The notes under the pieces are model-generated. The model saw only the letters and a list, made by a program, of their open reading frames with translations. It made no database searches and was not told the origin of the DNA. A program made the position numbers and the translations under genes. Source: Azolla caroliniana (Eukaryota; Plantae; Polypodiophyta). From it: a stretch of 64,000 bases of DNA. The DNA lies in assembly GCA_043228905.1 (NCBI GenBank), contig JBHGNT010000009.1:2728001-2792000 (forward strand), in the 5' to 3' direction. Shown piece by piece: positions 62,991 through 64,000 of this stretch (position 1 is its first letter; each line of letters starts with the position of its first letter).

Positions 62991-64000
62991 AAAATAAACA
63001 TTTAAAACTTGCCATAACATAAGAACAAGCACGATGTAATATATGTTTTAATTTAATTATGCACCCCTTTGTTGCCACCAAAAATCCATGGTCTTTGGAG
63101 TGTCATCCATTCTCTCTCTTAATTCACTCACGTAATTATCCCCTTTACCCTAGGTCTATGTCCAAACCATCTTGTCCATATTGTGGCTATAATGGACTCC
63201 TCGGTTGTCCTGAACTAACTTATAAGACCACTTTTATAATGTAGTATGGTCTTCTTAGGATTAGAGTTTTATTTATTATCTCATGCATCCATATAGAGCA
63301 AGGGCATTTATCATAGTCATCCTACATTTAAGAATTCTTATTTCAATTGGTCATCCATGGTGCATTGAGCCATACTAACATTCAATAAAGCTATCGTAGA
63401 ATAAGTTGTTGTCGTAAACAATGTGATAGCTCCTAGAGACATTTCCTTGTTAACAAAGGTGGCATTCAAAATGACAGGTGGTCATTTTGCTAGCCATCAT
63501 CCATTATATATATAAAAAATTGTATCACTATTTTCTACTTGTATCACGATTATTTTTTATTTGTATAACAATTTTCAACTTATATTCTATTGTTGGATAA
63601 TGATTTGGAAATGTTTAGTCTACACATTATGTGGAGCATGATGATAGTAGGTTAATGTACACAAAAAGTCCACAAAGAGACAGAGACAACGAATCCCCAC
63701 TCCATTCATCTATGTCTACACTTTTGAACATTAGGTTCTAAATGTGAGACAAGTTGGCGCCATATAAAAAACATTAAGGGGTCTTAAGATTATCCACAGT
63801 GTTTACAAAAACGGAAATTTTCAATTCATGTTACCACTACGAAAATTGATAGCCTAGTCCCATCATCTAGGCTCTATTGATGTCTTAGTTAGAGGTGCTC
63901 ATTACAACTATCTAATCAACGTTGCCCCATTTATCAAAGTCTTTATTTAAGAAAGCTAGTATATTTCAATATAACCCAATTGTTCAGTTGCTCACATTTC

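Overview
Eukaryotic land-plant nuclear DNA: AT-rich, GT-AG introns, many microsatellites, decayed plant transposons. Retroelement and gene sequences suggest a fern or other non-seed plant (inference only). I reconstructed six protein-coding genes by hand from splice sites and frame continuity: a RIN4/NOI immune regulator (+, 2810-4904), an 8-exon aldo-keto reductase (-, 14455-5814), an intronless membrane-anchored SAM methyltransferase (-, 19297-20256), an 11-exon TPR + J-domain co-chaperone (+, 37456-46209), a 3-hydroxyisobutyrate-dehydrogenase-like gene (+, 53407-54576) and a long MAKR/BKI1-family gene (-, 59550-61565). The rest is nested or decayed mobile DNA (Ty1/copia, Ty3/gypsy, L1-type and RTE LINEs, Mutator-like and other TIR elements, tRNA-derived SINE-like units) and tandem repeats. 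No CRISPR, rRNA or intact tRNA is visible, and I cannot demonstrate a new multi-gene system. Best leads: LINEs apparently associated with (GA)n/(CA)n microsatellites, an array of uORF-bearing repeats upstream of the TPR-DnaJ gene, FxFG-like motifs in that protein, the candidate Golgi glycan methyltransferase, and the atypical AKR whose first intron holds a nested, inverted retrotransposon stack.
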